Origin: a virus
Lineage: Duplodnaviria > Caudoviricetes
Strand: one strand, 5' to 3'
Length of the DNA: 33,200 bases
IMG/VR virus record: IMGVR_UViG_3300017903_001967
Location: 1 to 33,200 of that record
In this document: one piece after another, positions 1 to 9,636 of the stretch
Layout: each line of letters opens with the position of its first letter
How positions within the stretch are numbered: the first letter of the stretch is position 1
The notes under the pieces: model-generated
Databases searched by the model: none
What the model was told of the DNA's origin: nothing
The model's input: the letters and a program-made list of their open reading frames with translations, nothing else
Position numbers and translations under genes: made by a program

Positions 1-141
1 AAAAAAGGAGACACCAATGCAGGATGATTGGGCAATGTACTGCGAAGAACTCAATAAAATCCAAGTAAACCCCACTCAAGTACCCACCCCGCACATAAAC
101 GGAGCAACGCACCAAAACGGAACGTCATCAGCACTATCAAA
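1..141. repeat. Terminal direct repeat, left copy (circular assembly overlap)
   Basis: 1-141 is identical to 33060-33200 and cuts into the ATPase gene. The 141-nt length matches a common assembler k-mer size. Confidence 0.95.
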
Positions 142-1171
142 GCTTATGTTTGCGGCAGTCAATGACCGCATCGAAGAGATGGAAGAGCGCCTTGCCAAAG
201 AGCGAGACGTGATTCCGGGCATGATTACCACCGGCACAGTCACACTTGTGTACGCGCCCAGTGGCGCAGGCAAGACGGTATGGATACTGGGAAACCTCTT
301 TCAGAGTATTCGGAATAACCTCATAAAAGGCTCCGACGTGATCTATTTCAACGAAGACGACGGTGCCAAGGGTGTACTCCAAAAGGCGAAGATGGGCAGA
401 AAGCACGGGATGACCATGATCACCTTGGCTAACTCGCCAGATCCTTTGCTAAGAAACACCGAAGATGCGTTACGCCTACTTAGCGCAATACGTGAAGAGG
501 GTCATGCTGATGGCAAGATCGTCATCTGTGACACGCTCAAGAAGTTTGCGCCAGTGTTAAACAAGGGTGATATGCGGGACGTACTACACGTCTTCCGTGA
601 GTTCGCGGCGGCAGGTGGTACAGTCATCCTCTTAGGCCACTGCAACAAGCATCGGAGCATGGATGGTCGATTGATCTACGAAGGTGTAGGGGATCTGAAG
701 TCAGACGTAGACAATATGTTTGGCCTTGACCCAGTAAATGATAAGTTCGCCGCCTATCAAGAACTTTTAGTAATCAATGAAAAGGATCGTAGCCAGATAA
801 GCTTCGAGGGTGGATTCAAGTACAAGCAAACTAGCGCAGTTGTTCACTACGAAGAGTCTGTGGATTCTGTGGAGTTTATGAGTACCGATGACATCAGCGA
901 GTTAAAGGAAAAGCAGAGAGCGCAGATCAATATCGGCAAGGCTCTGTCCAAGTACGAGGATGAGTACATCCTACTCAGCAGTGTAATGAAAAGTAACAAG
1001 ATGTTTAGTCAGTCTGAGCTTGTTGCACTGCTTAATGATGAAGAGATAAATCCCAATGGATGCACTAGGAAGACGCTTTTGAATTGCATTGACCTGCTCA
1101 AGGGCAACAATTTAAAGCTAGAGAGACGCGGAGAACATGGCAAAAAGTTCTATCGCTGGGCTCCAATGTAA
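17..1171 (+). CDS. RecA-like/AAA_25-type P-loop ATPase, putative replication helicase/initiator
   Basis: Walker A APSGAGKT, YFNED after strand 2, Walker B-like IVICDT, ILLGHCNK motif typical of RepA/AAA_25 helicases, and a possible C-terminal winged helix (FSQSELVALL...RKTLLNCIDLL...KKFYRW). AAGGAG RBS. No primase domain seen. Confidence 0.8.
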   Translation: MQDDWAMYCEELNKIQVNPTQVPTPHINGATHQNGTSSALSKLMFAAVNDRIEEMEERLAKERDVIPGMITTGTVTLVYAPSGAGKTVWILGNLFQSIRNNLIKGSDVIYFNEDDGAKGVLQKAKMGRKHGMTMITLANSPDPLLRNTEDALRLLSAIREEGHADGKIVICDTLKKFAPVLNKGDMRDVLHVFREFAAAGGTVILLGHCNKHRSMDGRLIYEGVGDLKSDVDNMFGLDPVNDKFAAYQELLVINEKDRSQISFEGGFKYKQTSAVVHYEESVDSVEFMSTDDISELKEKQRAQINIGKALSKYEDEYILLSSVMKSNKMFSQSELVALLNDEEINPNGCTRKTLLNCIDLLKGNNLKLERRGEHGKKFYRWAPM

Positions 1172-1322
1172 TCCCCAGAATCCCCAGAATCCCCAGTTTA
1201 CCGGTAATCCCCCACTTTTAGGGGGCGGGTTGATTCTCCGAAGCCAGCTTACAGCGACAAACTAGGGGGTTAAATTACGGGGATTAGAGGAAATCTGGGG
1301 AAACTGGGTAAACTGGGTAAAC
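1170..1322. repeat. Inverted arrays of 9-bp iterons, putative replication origin
   Basis: Left arm AATCCCCAG x3, TTTACCGGT, AATCCCCCA (1170-1214). Right arm on the minus strand TTTACCCAG x2, TTTCCCCAG, ATTTCCTCT, AATCCCCGT. Lies directly after the ATPase stop codon. Confidence 0.75.
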
Positions 1323-1336
1323 TAAATGGAGATAAT

Positions 1337-1762
1337 ATGACAGACCCTGCACATCGCTGGATAGTCGATAACAAAAACAAGCTGAAGTTTTTTATTAGCT
1401 TCGTTAAGAAGCAGTACGAAGATGGCAAGCACGTCATGTACTCGATCAAGGACACCACACGCAGTGACCGGCAGAACAACGCCATGCACTTGTGGTTCAG
1501 GCAAATAGCTATCGAACTAAACGATGCTGGCTACTGGGTACGACACCCCTTCAGTGATAACTTTGAGATACCGTTTACTGAGGTACTGGTAAAGGAGATG
1601 CTCTACAAGCCCACTGCAAAGGCCATGTTTAACAAAGAGACCACCACTAAGCTTACCCCTGCTGAACTCTCAGAGACCGCTGAGGTGCTAATTAGGTGGC
1701 TCTCAGAGAACAAACAGATCTATGTGCCATTCCCTCAACAACTAAAGGATGAATTGAAGTGA
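1337..1762 (+). CDS. ninB: NinB/Orf-like recombination protein
   Basis: TRSDRQNNAMHLW resembles the NinB R-S/T-x-x-QN motif, with TTTKLT near the C-terminus. About 140 aa and next to a NinG-like gene. GGAG RBS. Confidence 0.7.
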   Translation: MTDPAHRWIVDNKNKLKFFISFVKKQYEDGKHVMYSIKDTTRSDRQNNAMHLWFRQIAIELNDAGYWVRHPFSDNFEIPFTEVLVKEMLYKPTAKAMFNKETTTKLTPAELSETAEVLIRWLSENKQIYVPFPQQLKDELK

Positions 1763-2184
1763 AGTTAAAAAGAACAGCGGCAGATCATTGGTTCAGTAGA
1801 TGCGTCAGGCTACGTAACGACTTCAAGTGCCAGGGATGTGGCGCACAGTACGAGTCAAACAGCACAGGACTGCACTGCTCTCACTACTTCAGCCGATCAA
1901 AGAAGGGTATACGGTACGATGCACTGAATGCCTTTGCTCACTGCTACGGCTGTCATCAGAAGTACGGTAGCAACCCTGATTACTTTGTACGTCACTACAT
2001 TGATACCTATGGCGAAGGTGCCTTGGAGTTAATTAGGGAAAAGGCAGAGGACATCAACCTTGGCAAGAGGATGAACAAAGAACAGAAGCTAATCGCTAAA
2101 CACTATAAAACCGAGGCCGCACGTATGGAGAACGAACGAGCCTCGGGTATAGCAGGGTGGCTAGAGTTTGTTAGTTGGGATTGA
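1759..2184 (+). CDS. ninG: NinG/Rap-like HNH-fold junction endonuclease
   Basis: ADHWFSRCVRLR, CQGC, HCSHYFSR, RYDALNAFAHCYGCH pattern characteristic of lambda NinG. GTG start overlaps the previous stop (GTGA). Confidence 0.8.
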   Translation: MKLKRTAADHWFSRCVRLRNDFKCQGCGAQYESNSTGLHCSHYFSRSKKGIRYDALNAFAHCYGCHQKYGSNPDYFVRHYIDTYGEGALELIREKAEDINLGKRMNKEQKLIAKHYKTEAARMENERASGIAGWLEFVSWD

Positions 2185-4945
2185 TCTCTTGGGTAAGCGC
2201 GGGTGCCACTGGCGTTAACAGTGTTGCCGAAGATATTCCAGGCTGAAGCTCCAAGCCGACTTCCTCTTTAAGCGCCTCTTCTGTTCCAGTGCTTCCAAAG
2301 TAGAGACCCCTGTAGACAGTGTTGTTTATAGCCATTCCAATTTTAGATAAAGTTTTTTCATCTAATATATTTGATTTTTTAGACTCAACGCTTTTGCGTA
2401 TTACCCCCAAAGCTTCTGGATTTAACAGTAACTCCATAACTTTTGAGTCCCGTTTTGCGGCAACAGATGATGTGCTTATTTTTGAGCCAATGATCGCAAG
2501 CTTTGTAAAGGCGTTTGTTATTCGGTCTCTTAATATTGATTGAAGCTGTGGGCCGCCGATTCCTATTTTTTCTAAAAGAATGTCTTGATCCCTGTAATCT
2601 ATGGCAAACTTCATTTTATCTACATCAATTTTTGAAATGATGTCTGATGCCTGAGCTATTGACTGAACATCTCTTGCGTAAGTTGGCCCAAACCACTCAG
2701 AAAATGCTCTAGAATTTTTATTAACAAAATCAATTGTCGAGGTGCTTGAGCTCATGGCTTTTTCAAGTAAGGTGGCGCGAATCGACTGCCTTGCCATTTT
2801 TGCCGTATCAGGCTCAAAGTTTTTAATGTCCCTTAAATACTTTTGACTGCCTGCGGTAGAAGAAAGTATTTCTGAGGCTACAGTATCTAAACCCTTATTT
2901 TCATATGCGCTGTAAAATCCTTCTCCAAGCTGTTTTGCTCTAACATTGTATTCTGCGTCAAGCCTTGATTTTGTAGACATAAGCCCATCAATAAGCCTTG
3001 AGGCGCTGGTAAGTTCATTACGCAAGCCTGGAACAGAATTAATCAAAGGCATGTTTTGGTTTATATATGAAGAAAGCTTCTTTGGGTCAACAAGTCCATC
3101 GGTAAAGACGCCGCCCCCAACCAGTCCACCGCCCTGCATGTTCATAAATATGGCATCTCTTACTACAGGAATTCCGGCATCCCCTACAAATGCAAGAAAC
3201 TCCGATGCTTGCTCTGGCTTAGAAAGATATTTTCCAGCAGAACTTAAAAACCTTGCAGAATCTAACTGTGATATCTCAGCTTTGCTTTTAGGTATGCCAA
3301 GCTCCCTATAAAACTGAAGATCTAAATCCTTGTACCCCTGAGAGAACTCATCAGGCATCTTTGCTATTTCACCATCAAGACTCTTTTTTAGGTTGGTAAG
3401 TATCCTTTTTGTATTTTCATCTTTAGTGGATCTAAGGGCCTTGTTTAGCGCTCTTTTTAATGAATCCATTTCTGACAAAGGAACATTTTGATATTCCATT
3501 CTGCTTTTTTGTTGAGGCACTCCAGGAATAATAATTGGGCTTGCTTCTACTTCTTTTGGAGACCAAAGGCTATTTAACTTAGCCGTTAAAGACGGAAAAG
3601 AGGCAAACACATCTTCAGATCGTAGTGATTTGTACATCTGATGTACTGCACCTACAGATCTTGCAGGAAATTGAATACCTGCACTTTCAGCATCTGAAAA
3701 AAGCTTCTTGTATTTTGGGCTAAGCTTCTTCTTTATGCTTGCCTCTTTAGCTGTCATCAAAAATTTAGCCCTTTCTCCTACGTCACGATAATTAGGAGAC
3801 AGCCGTATAGATTGAGTGACTTTGGATATTTCATCATCAATAGCGTTAATTCGTTTTTTTGCTGACCTAATGTCTTTTTCAAAATTATCTGGAAGCCTTG
3901 CCCTTAGTTGAGCATCCGCGGCCGGGCCAGATTGACCAAAAAGAGCCTCTTTTCTTGCGTCAATTGCGGTTTTTGCATCCAAAAGAGACTTTTTAGCTAA
4001 AGCGTAAAATTCAGGATTTGTTCTTAGAAGGTATTCTGTGTTTTTTCTATAAATAGGATTCTCAGCTAATGCCGCAACGGGAGGAACCACTAACCCAGGA
4101 ATTTCGTCTTGAAGTTCTACGGTTGCTTTTAGTACATCATCTATGCCCGGCTGAATCTGAGTTGCCTTATCTATTAACTGCTTTACCTCTGAGCCCGCAA
4201 CATAATCTGTTGCAGAGTCTATACTTTGATTTATTTTCTTTCTTTCAGAAACAGCCTTGGAAACGACCTCCACACCAGCGCCTAGCGCAGATCTGCCTGG
4301 AATTGTTGCTGTTGATCCAGCAAGGCCACCAAGCCCTGCGGCCAATGTTTGAGCAGTCTCTCCTCCGCCCAAAGCTCGCGCTGTCATTGCGCCAGTTTCT
4401 GCGCCAAACTGCCCCAGCAAAGAAGCGGCATAAGAATGCAGAAGCTCTGATGCGGCACCAAAAAGACCTTTACCTCCAACAAAGGCCAAGGGCCCCTCAG
4501 CAACAACCGACTCTAAAGCTGTTCCAAGATACCTTTCGACCTCTGATGCTGGCTTAATTCCGTCATACCCAAAAAACTCTTCTTTAGCATTCTGAATGGC
4601 GGCTTGCTTGTCTCTTTCATACCTTTCTCTGTCGTATGTTCCGTCTTCTCTAAAATAGTCTTTATCGTCTAAGCCTAGTGCCAAACTCAAAACTTGATCA
4701 TTTTCAGATAAAACAGAAAAAACAAAATCAGCCGCACCGGATTTAATCTTATCAATCGAATAACTAGAAGATTCTTTTTCTGCCCCGTCTACCTTTACGA
4801 TATCGGAAGGCTCCTTGGCAGGCTGAAGGTTATTTTGCTTAATGTAGTTTGCTATTTTTTTTGCGCTATCAAAGTCCCTAGCATTATGAGCATTTGTCAT
4901 TGCTGTTATTGCTTCTTCATAAGTGTACTGTTTGTTAGTTGACAT
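2171..4945 (-). CDS. Large internal virion/ejection protein (putative)
   Basis: 924 aa, helical/coiled-coil, with a Gly/Ala-rich hydrophobic segment. Last gene of the late operon, the usual podovirus position for DNA-transfer proteins. Confidence 0.6.
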   Translation of the reverse strand: MSTNKQYTYEEAITAMTNAHNARDFDSAKKIANYIKQNNLQPAKEPSDIVKVDGAEKESSSYSIDKIKSGAADFVFSVLSENDQVLSLALGLDDKDYFREDGTYDRERYERDKQAAIQNAKEEFFGYDGIKPASEVERYLGTALESVVAEGPLAFVGGKGLFGAASELLHSYAASLLGQFGAETGAMTARALGGGETAQTLAAGLGGLAGSTATIPGRSALGAGVEVVSKAVSERKKINQSIDSATDYVAGSEVKQLIDKATQIQPGIDDVLKATVELQDEIPGLVVPPVAALAENPIYRKNTEYLLRTNPEFYALAKKSLLDAKTAIDARKEALFGQSGPAADAQLRARLPDNFEKDIRSAKKRINAIDDEISKVTQSIRLSPNYRDVGERAKFLMTAKEASIKKKLSPKYKKLFSDAESAGIQFPARSVGAVHQMYKSLRSEDVFASFPSLTAKLNSLWSPKEVEASPIIIPGVPQQKSRMEYQNVPLSEMDSLKRALNKALRSTKDENTKRILTNLKKSLDGEIAKMPDEFSQGYKDLDLQFYRELGIPKSKAEISQLDSARFLSSAGKYLSKPEQASEFLAFVGDAGIPVVRDAIFMNMQGGGLVGGGVFTDGLVDPKKLSSYINQNMPLINSVPGLRNELTSASRLIDGLMSTKSRLDAEYNVRAKQLGEGFYSAYENKGLDTVASEILSSTAGSQKYLRDIKNFEPDTAKMARQSIRATLLEKAMSSSTSTIDFVNKNSRAFSEWFGPTYARDVQSIAQASDIISKIDVDKMKFAIDYRDQDILLEKIGIGGPQLQSILRDRITNAFTKLAIIGSKISTSSVAAKRDSKVMELLLNPEALGVIRKSVESKKSNILDEKTLSKIGMAINNTVYRGLYFGSTGTEEALKEEVGLELQPGISSATLLTPVAPALTQEINPN

Positions 4946-4972
4946 TGCTTAAATCCTTGTGGATGGCTTTAC

Positions 4973-6055
4973 TCATTTGAGATAGATGCTTATAACTTCA
5001 TTGCTAGTCAAAGCCTCTAAAATTTGAGCGTCTTTGTTTTTTTCTACCCAAGTTTTTGCCACATTTTCCTCAACATAGTCTGAATAAGAATCTGATATTG
5101 ATTGAACGGCGGCAGACTGCATAGCTTTAATCCTAACCTTTGAAGTTCTCAATATTTCTTGTAAAGCATCTTTTGTTTCTTGAGTAACATCACCTGATAC
5201 GGCAGTTGAAACCCAGTTAGCAAAGTCTGTTTTTATACCTCTACCCTGAAGTAGCCTGTCAATTTCAGAGGCGGCTCGGCTATCCGAGTTATGAAGCTCT
5301 GATATTGTCCTTTCCATCAATCTAATTTGTTCAGAGTTCCCCGCATTAACTCCAGCAACAAGGCTGTTTGCTAGATTTACTTTGGATAGCTGATCAACGA
5401 TTGATTGATAAAAAGGGTGCTTTCGGAATTCTTCTGTTAAAAATTGAGTTTGCTCAAGCGGGCCTTTGTAAGCCATTCCTTTTGCTTTGCCGCTCACAAG
5501 AGATTCGTTGTAATCTTTCATTGCTTTTTTAAATTCAGGCGAACCCTCAGTCATTCCCTGATCGATTAGCCTTTGGCCATGGGCAGAAAGTTTTTTCGCA
5601 TCCTCTTTTTCGGGTATCGGCTGAAGCGGGCCTGTCTCATCGATAAAGCTATTTATTGATTCGGATGTAAAGTTTTTATAAAGATTGGCTAAATCTGCTG
5701 GATTTTGTCTAAAAAATTCTAGCCTTGTTACTTTTTTGGGTGCCATTTCAGAGCCGAGCGACACCGCCCGAGCAACCTCTAAAGGACTTATTTTTAAATC
5801 TGGCGAACCTTCCAGCAATGTTTTAAAGGACTCAGGAGTGACACCTCCAGAAAAACCCGAAGTAACAGCGCCCGCTAAAAACTCTCTTTGTTCGCGAGCA
5901 AGATCTTCATCTTTTCTTTTTTTATCTTCTTGCGCTTGTCTTAATGCCTTAACTCCCGGCCTCATGCCAATGCTTTGAGCGGCACTAAACAACCCCTCCT
6001 CAAACTGAGTAGGTTGAGTAAGACTTCGTAAAAACTGCTGAGAAAACTTAGCCAT
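4973..6055 (-). CDS. Internal virion/ejection protein (putative)
   Basis: 360 aa, helical, GGAG RBS, located between two other internal-protein candidates. Confidence 0.55.
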   Translation of the reverse strand: MAKFSQQFLRSLTQPTQFEEGLFSAAQSIGMRPGVKALRQAQEDKKRKDEDLAREQREFLAGAVTSGFSGGVTPESFKTLLEGSPDLKISPLEVARAVSLGSEMAPKKVTRLEFFRQNPADLANLYKNFTSESINSFIDETGPLQPIPEKEDAKKLSAHGQRLIDQGMTEGSPEFKKAMKDYNESLVSGKAKGMAYKGPLEQTQFLTEEFRKHPFYQSIVDQLSKVNLANSLVAGVNAGNSEQIRLMERTISELHNSDSRAASEIDRLLQGRGIKTDFANWVSTAVSGDVTQETKDALQEILRTSKVRIKAMQSAAVQSISDSYSDYVEENVAKTWVEKNKDAQILEALTSNEVISIYLK

Positions 6056-6073
6056 TGCTAATCTCCAATTAAA

Positions 6074-7450
6074 TTATCTGCGGAATATGCTGTTGAATAA
6101 ACCAGTAAGTCCCGACCCAATGTTGCCAGCAATATCTCCAAGATCTAAACCTTCAAACAACACGTTACCGGAACTATCATATTGCGGCGTAAATTGACCT
6201 TGCAATATGCTTGATCCAATGCCGCCCAATAGATTTGCACGAGCCTGCTCAGCAAGCAATCGAGCCTCCAGACCAGACATTGCAGTTTCTCCAAATAGCC
6301 CTGTGCCAAATTGTTGTGCCGCTTGAGCAAGCTCTTGTTGCCGCAATGCGGGCGTCAATGCAGAAACCATTTCGGCCTGTGGCAAGTAAGAGGCACCTAA
6401 TAACTGTCCGCCTAGTGATGCTTGTTGCGCCTGCTCTACTTGCGCCTGTTGCATGGCGTTAAGCATGGCTGTATTGCGCGCTTCCTCTTGCGCTCTAGAC
6501 ATGGCCAAAAGCTCTGGCGTGCCACCACCATAAGCCGCTGAAGACGTTCCTAGACGACCTTGGGCCGCCAACCTTTCTTCTAGAGCAAGGCGCTGACGCT
6601 CTTCCTCAGGGCGCTGTACAGCCCTCATGCGCTCAAATATCTGCGCTTCACGCTGTTCTGTTGGTGTTAAGGCTCTGCTAAAGAAATCGCCTGCTCCACC
6701 AAACAATCCGCGAGAAAGCTCCTGCTCTCGAGGAGAAAGATCCATGCTAACGTTTACACCTGACCCAGCAGGGGTGGCAGGCATCATATTGTCAGACTGC
6801 TCTTGTGATCTTCTTATAGCCTCTTCTAACCCAGCAGGTGGTGGTGCAGTTGGATCAGGGCCGCCCGCCACAATACCCATCGCTTGATCGCCAAAATCAA
6901 AGCCGGGAGTCCCGCCAATAACTGCGTCTTGACCTGCCATTTTTTTGAGGGCATTTAGTTGACTTCGTGTTGGGCCTCCATCTTCATACATAAGAGGCAT
7001 CTGACCTCTAGTAAAGTCAAAGCCAGGAGTGCCACCGGGTACATTCATTCCGGGAGGTAAGCCCATAGATGGAGGAGCCGAAGGGCTTGTTGTTACTGGA
7101 GGTAACATAGACCCAGGCTGACCTGCCCTTGCAGTAAACATAGCGCCTGTTGGCGTAGTAACTGTAAACGGCTGGAACCTAGACTCTGCTTGCGCTCGCT
7201 CAGCTAACTCTAAAGCACCTGGAATACGCTGACCGCCAACCGTAGTACCCAAAATAGACTGAGTTCCAATATCGCTTAAGCGATCATAAGCCTCTTTGCT
7301 TAATAGAGATCCTGCTATTGCAGGCAAGGCAGGTTTTATCGCGGTACCAAGGGTGCCAAGACTACTGCCAACATCTCTAAAAAATTCAGTAAACCCATCA
7401 AATATGCCTGGGTCGTTATTTTGTCCGGTTTGAACAAGTGGTGCGACCAT
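6074..7450 (-). CDS. Internal virion/DNA-transfer protein (putative)
   Basis: Gln/Ala/Gly-rich (EERLAAQGRLG, QQAQVEQAQQ) with hydrophobic Gly-rich termini. Directly follows the tail tubular B-like gene. AGGAG RBS. Confidence 0.6.
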   Translation of the reverse strand: MVAPLVQTGQNNDPGIFDGFTEFFRDVGSSLGTLGTAIKPALPAIAGSLLSKEAYDRLSDIGTQSILGTTVGGQRIPGALELAERAQAESRFQPFTVTTPTGAMFTARAGQPGSMLPPVTTSPSAPPSMGLPPGMNVPGGTPGFDFTRGQMPLMYEDGGPTRSQLNALKKMAGQDAVIGGTPGFDFGDQAMGIVAGGPDPTAPPPAGLEEAIRRSQEQSDNMMPATPAGSGVNVSMDLSPREQELSRGLFGGAGDFFSRALTPTEQREAQIFERMRAVQRPEEERQRLALEERLAAQGRLGTSSAAYGGGTPELLAMSRAQEEARNTAMLNAMQQAQVEQAQQASLGGQLLGASYLPQAEMVSALTPALRQQELAQAAQQFGTGLFGETAMSGLEARLLAEQARANLLGGIGSSILQGQFTPQYDSSGNVLFEGLDLGDIAGNIGSGLTGLFNSIFRR

Positions 7451-7463
7451 TGTGTTCTCCTAG

Positions 7464-8987
7464 CTAGAGTAGCTTTCCGATCAAAGCCAATACATTAATT
7501 TCTTGTAATGAAAGAGCAGATCCATTGATGTCTGCTTCCAATCCCACTACTACCGTAGTTCCATTGCCTGTTGCATTGACAACCTTTTGGTTTGCCGCAA
7601 CACCCGCCGTAAACTTTCCTATACCAAACTCAGATACACCATAAAAAGAAACTTCTGGAGAAGACGTTGTGTATTCCACCGTTGTGTAATCCGATGAAAA
7701 GTTATATCCCCACTTCAAAAAGATTGTCGCTTGATCTGCGCCCACTAATGTTGGCTTTAGTTTTTTAACGATCTTCATTCGAGAAGCATCGCCAAACGTC
7801 AAGCTCGGACTAAAGTATTTAAATCGGTAGGTGCTTCCATTGTCTGTATAGTTTTTGTGTTCGCTTATTCCGTTATCTGTTCCAACGTAAAGCGTGCCAT
7901 TTTGTAAACGCTCAAAGGCCGTAAAGTCTGTGTCGATCCATCGAGTAACTCGGTACGAGCCATTCTCTAAAGTGCTTCTAACATCAAAGCAGAAGATTAG
8001 ATTTTGGGAAGAAAACAGAAGTAAATAAAACCCTTCTTCTGGGCTGTACACTGATCGGAAGAACTCTGTCTCTTGTTGTATTGCGCTAATAATGTCTTTA
8101 GTAATGTTCCCCGAAAGACTACTAATTGGCATAGACTTTTCTTGTATTGTTCTACCAAAGCTACGAAGTCCGGTATGAGATAAAAACAACACATCTGCGC
8201 CAGTGTACTGAACCGTATCTCTATTAACGCAACCAACACCTGCAACCGTATCCGCTAGAGTCATTGACGCTGGAGACTCTGCGCCCTCATAAACAACAAT
8301 GCTGTGCTTGCCAAAGATAATTAGCAGGCCATTGTGTGCGGCTAGAGCAACAATCTCATCATAGCCATCAGGCCATACCTTTGAGATATCAATGTTACCG
8401 CTAGTACCACCAGACCAGTCATGTCCTATTAACAAATCAGACCAGTAAACAGTAGATTTGTTAGAGCTAAAGTCAGCAGTCCACAGACGACCATAAGCGG
8501 CTAGGACTTCGTTTCCATACATCGCACTGGTTACACCAGCGGCGCCAGAAACGCTACTAAGCGTAACAACAGAGCCTCCTGAGTTGTCATAGACAAGCGG
8601 CTGAAATCCTCGCTGAAAGAAATATATCTTGTCGTTAAACGTCACCATCTTCCAGTCATCAGCGGTAATGCTGTAACTGCCAGGAGTTTCGTCTGCTAGC
8701 GTTGTAGTCCCGCTAAGGATCTTGTTGTTGCCTATAGAAAATATCTTATTGTTACCGCCATCATCTCTAAATTCTTTAATGGCGCGAATCTTTGCACTAC
8801 CAAGAGCGGTCTTGTTTGTCGTAAGAACACTATGACCCTTGCGAGATGCAATACGACCACGCTTATCAATAACAGCGTTGTCTGCAACCTCTGCAAATGA
8901 TGGGTCTTGTGCTAACGGCGAATCTTCGGTGTTTACACCTTTGAACGCTGGTGCGACAAGATTGATGCTCTGTAGTTGTTGCGCCAT
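7464..8987 (-). CDS. Tail tubular protein B / nozzle-like protein
   Basis: 507 aa, beta-rich, with N-terminal PAFKGVNT...NAVIDKRGRI and VYWSD and GVGCV motifs seen in podovirus nozzle/P22 gp10-like proteins. Synteny fits. Confidence 0.7.
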   Translation of the reverse strand: MAQQLQSINLVAPAFKGVNTEDSPLAQDPSFAEVADNAVIDKRGRIASRKGHSVLTTNKTALGSAKIRAIKEFRDDGGNNKIFSIGNNKILSGTTTLADETPGSYSITADDWKMVTFNDKIYFFQRGFQPLVYDNSGGSVVTLSSVSGAAGVTSAMYGNEVLAAYGRLWTADFSSNKSTVYWSDLLIGHDWSGGTSGNIDISKVWPDGYDEIVALAAHNGLLIIFGKHSIVVYEGAESPASMTLADTVAGVGCVNRDTVQYTGADVLFLSHTGLRSFGRTIQEKSMPISSLSGNITKDIISAIQQETEFFRSVYSPEEGFYLLLFSSQNLIFCFDVRSTLENGSYRVTRWIDTDFTAFERLQNGTLYVGTDNGISEHKNYTDNGSTYRFKYFSPSLTFGDASRMKIVKKLKPTLVGADQATIFLKWGYNFSSDYTTVEYTTSSPEVSFYGVSEFGIGKFTAGVAANQKVVNATGNGTTVVVGLEADINGSALSLQEINVLALIGKLL

Positions 8988-8988
8988 A

Positions 8989-9636
8989 TTAAATCGTCCT
9001 AAATATCATCTCTTCTGGATGCTTGGCCGCATCAATTGCTATTGCATCAGATAAAAACTTATCTGCAATACCAAAATATTCTGGTGCTGATGTGCCGCCT
9101 GTCTCGCCTCTTTCGCGAGCAAGCAGTGCAACTGCTAAGTGAATAACTGGCTGAGAAGGAACTAACAAAGAATCGCTATTAGATGACAAGGTTGCCTGTC
9201 GCTTAATAACATCAAACCGCAGGTTATAAACGCCATCGGGTGTTGGCCCGACAAGAACCTGAGTATCTCCGCTTGCATCAACGCCATTGTACGTAAAGTA
9301 CTTAGGCGCACCCTCTACTGCGCTAGAAATGTAAAGCGCATCGTTAAACCAGTCTTTGCTCTGATACTCCATAAAGCAGTTTTGAGTATCGTTGATTACT
9401 GACATGACCTTTACGTTATTGCCAACGCCAGTTAGTGAATAGGTGTTGTCCGAAGCTGTTGTCGAGATCGAGATTGTGCTTCTGAGTGCAGACCAGTCGT
9501 TTGACTCTTCTACTATATGCTTGGCGTCATTAATAAAGTCGCCTGTCATTTTTGCAAAGGTAGACTCAGTAACAGACGAGACCTCTTCCTCACGAAGACG
9601 GCGCAATACGTTGTTCATTAGGTTTAAAAAAGTCAT
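8989..9636 (-). CDS. Tail tubular protein A / adaptor-like protein
   Basis: MTFLNLMNNVLRRLRE N-terminus, FINDA, and GPTPDGVY are typical of podovirus head-tail adaptors. Confidence 0.75.
   Translation of the reverse strand: MTFLNLMNNVLRRLREEEVSSVTESTFAKMTGDFINDAKHIVEESNDWSALRSTISISTTASDNTYSLTGVGNNVKVMSVINDTQNCFMEYQSKDWFNDALYISSAVEGAPKYFTYNGVDASGDTQVLVGPTPDGVYNLRFDVIKRQATLSSNSDSLLVPSQPVIHLAVALLARERGETGGTSAPEYFGIADKFLSDAIAIDAAKHPEEMIFRTI

Noticed and set aside
1-141. 141-bp repeat as a biological terminal repeat
   Set aside because: It cuts through a gene start and matches a typical assembler k-mer overlap. It shows circularity only.
1170-1322. CRISPR array
   Set aside because: Units are 9 bp, tandem and without spacers, and there are no cas genes.
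1270-1504. Minus-strand ORFs 1270-1485 and 1322-1504
   Set aside because: Antisense to the NinB-like gene. The LPSLPSFPRFP periodicity just reflects the 9-bp iterons.
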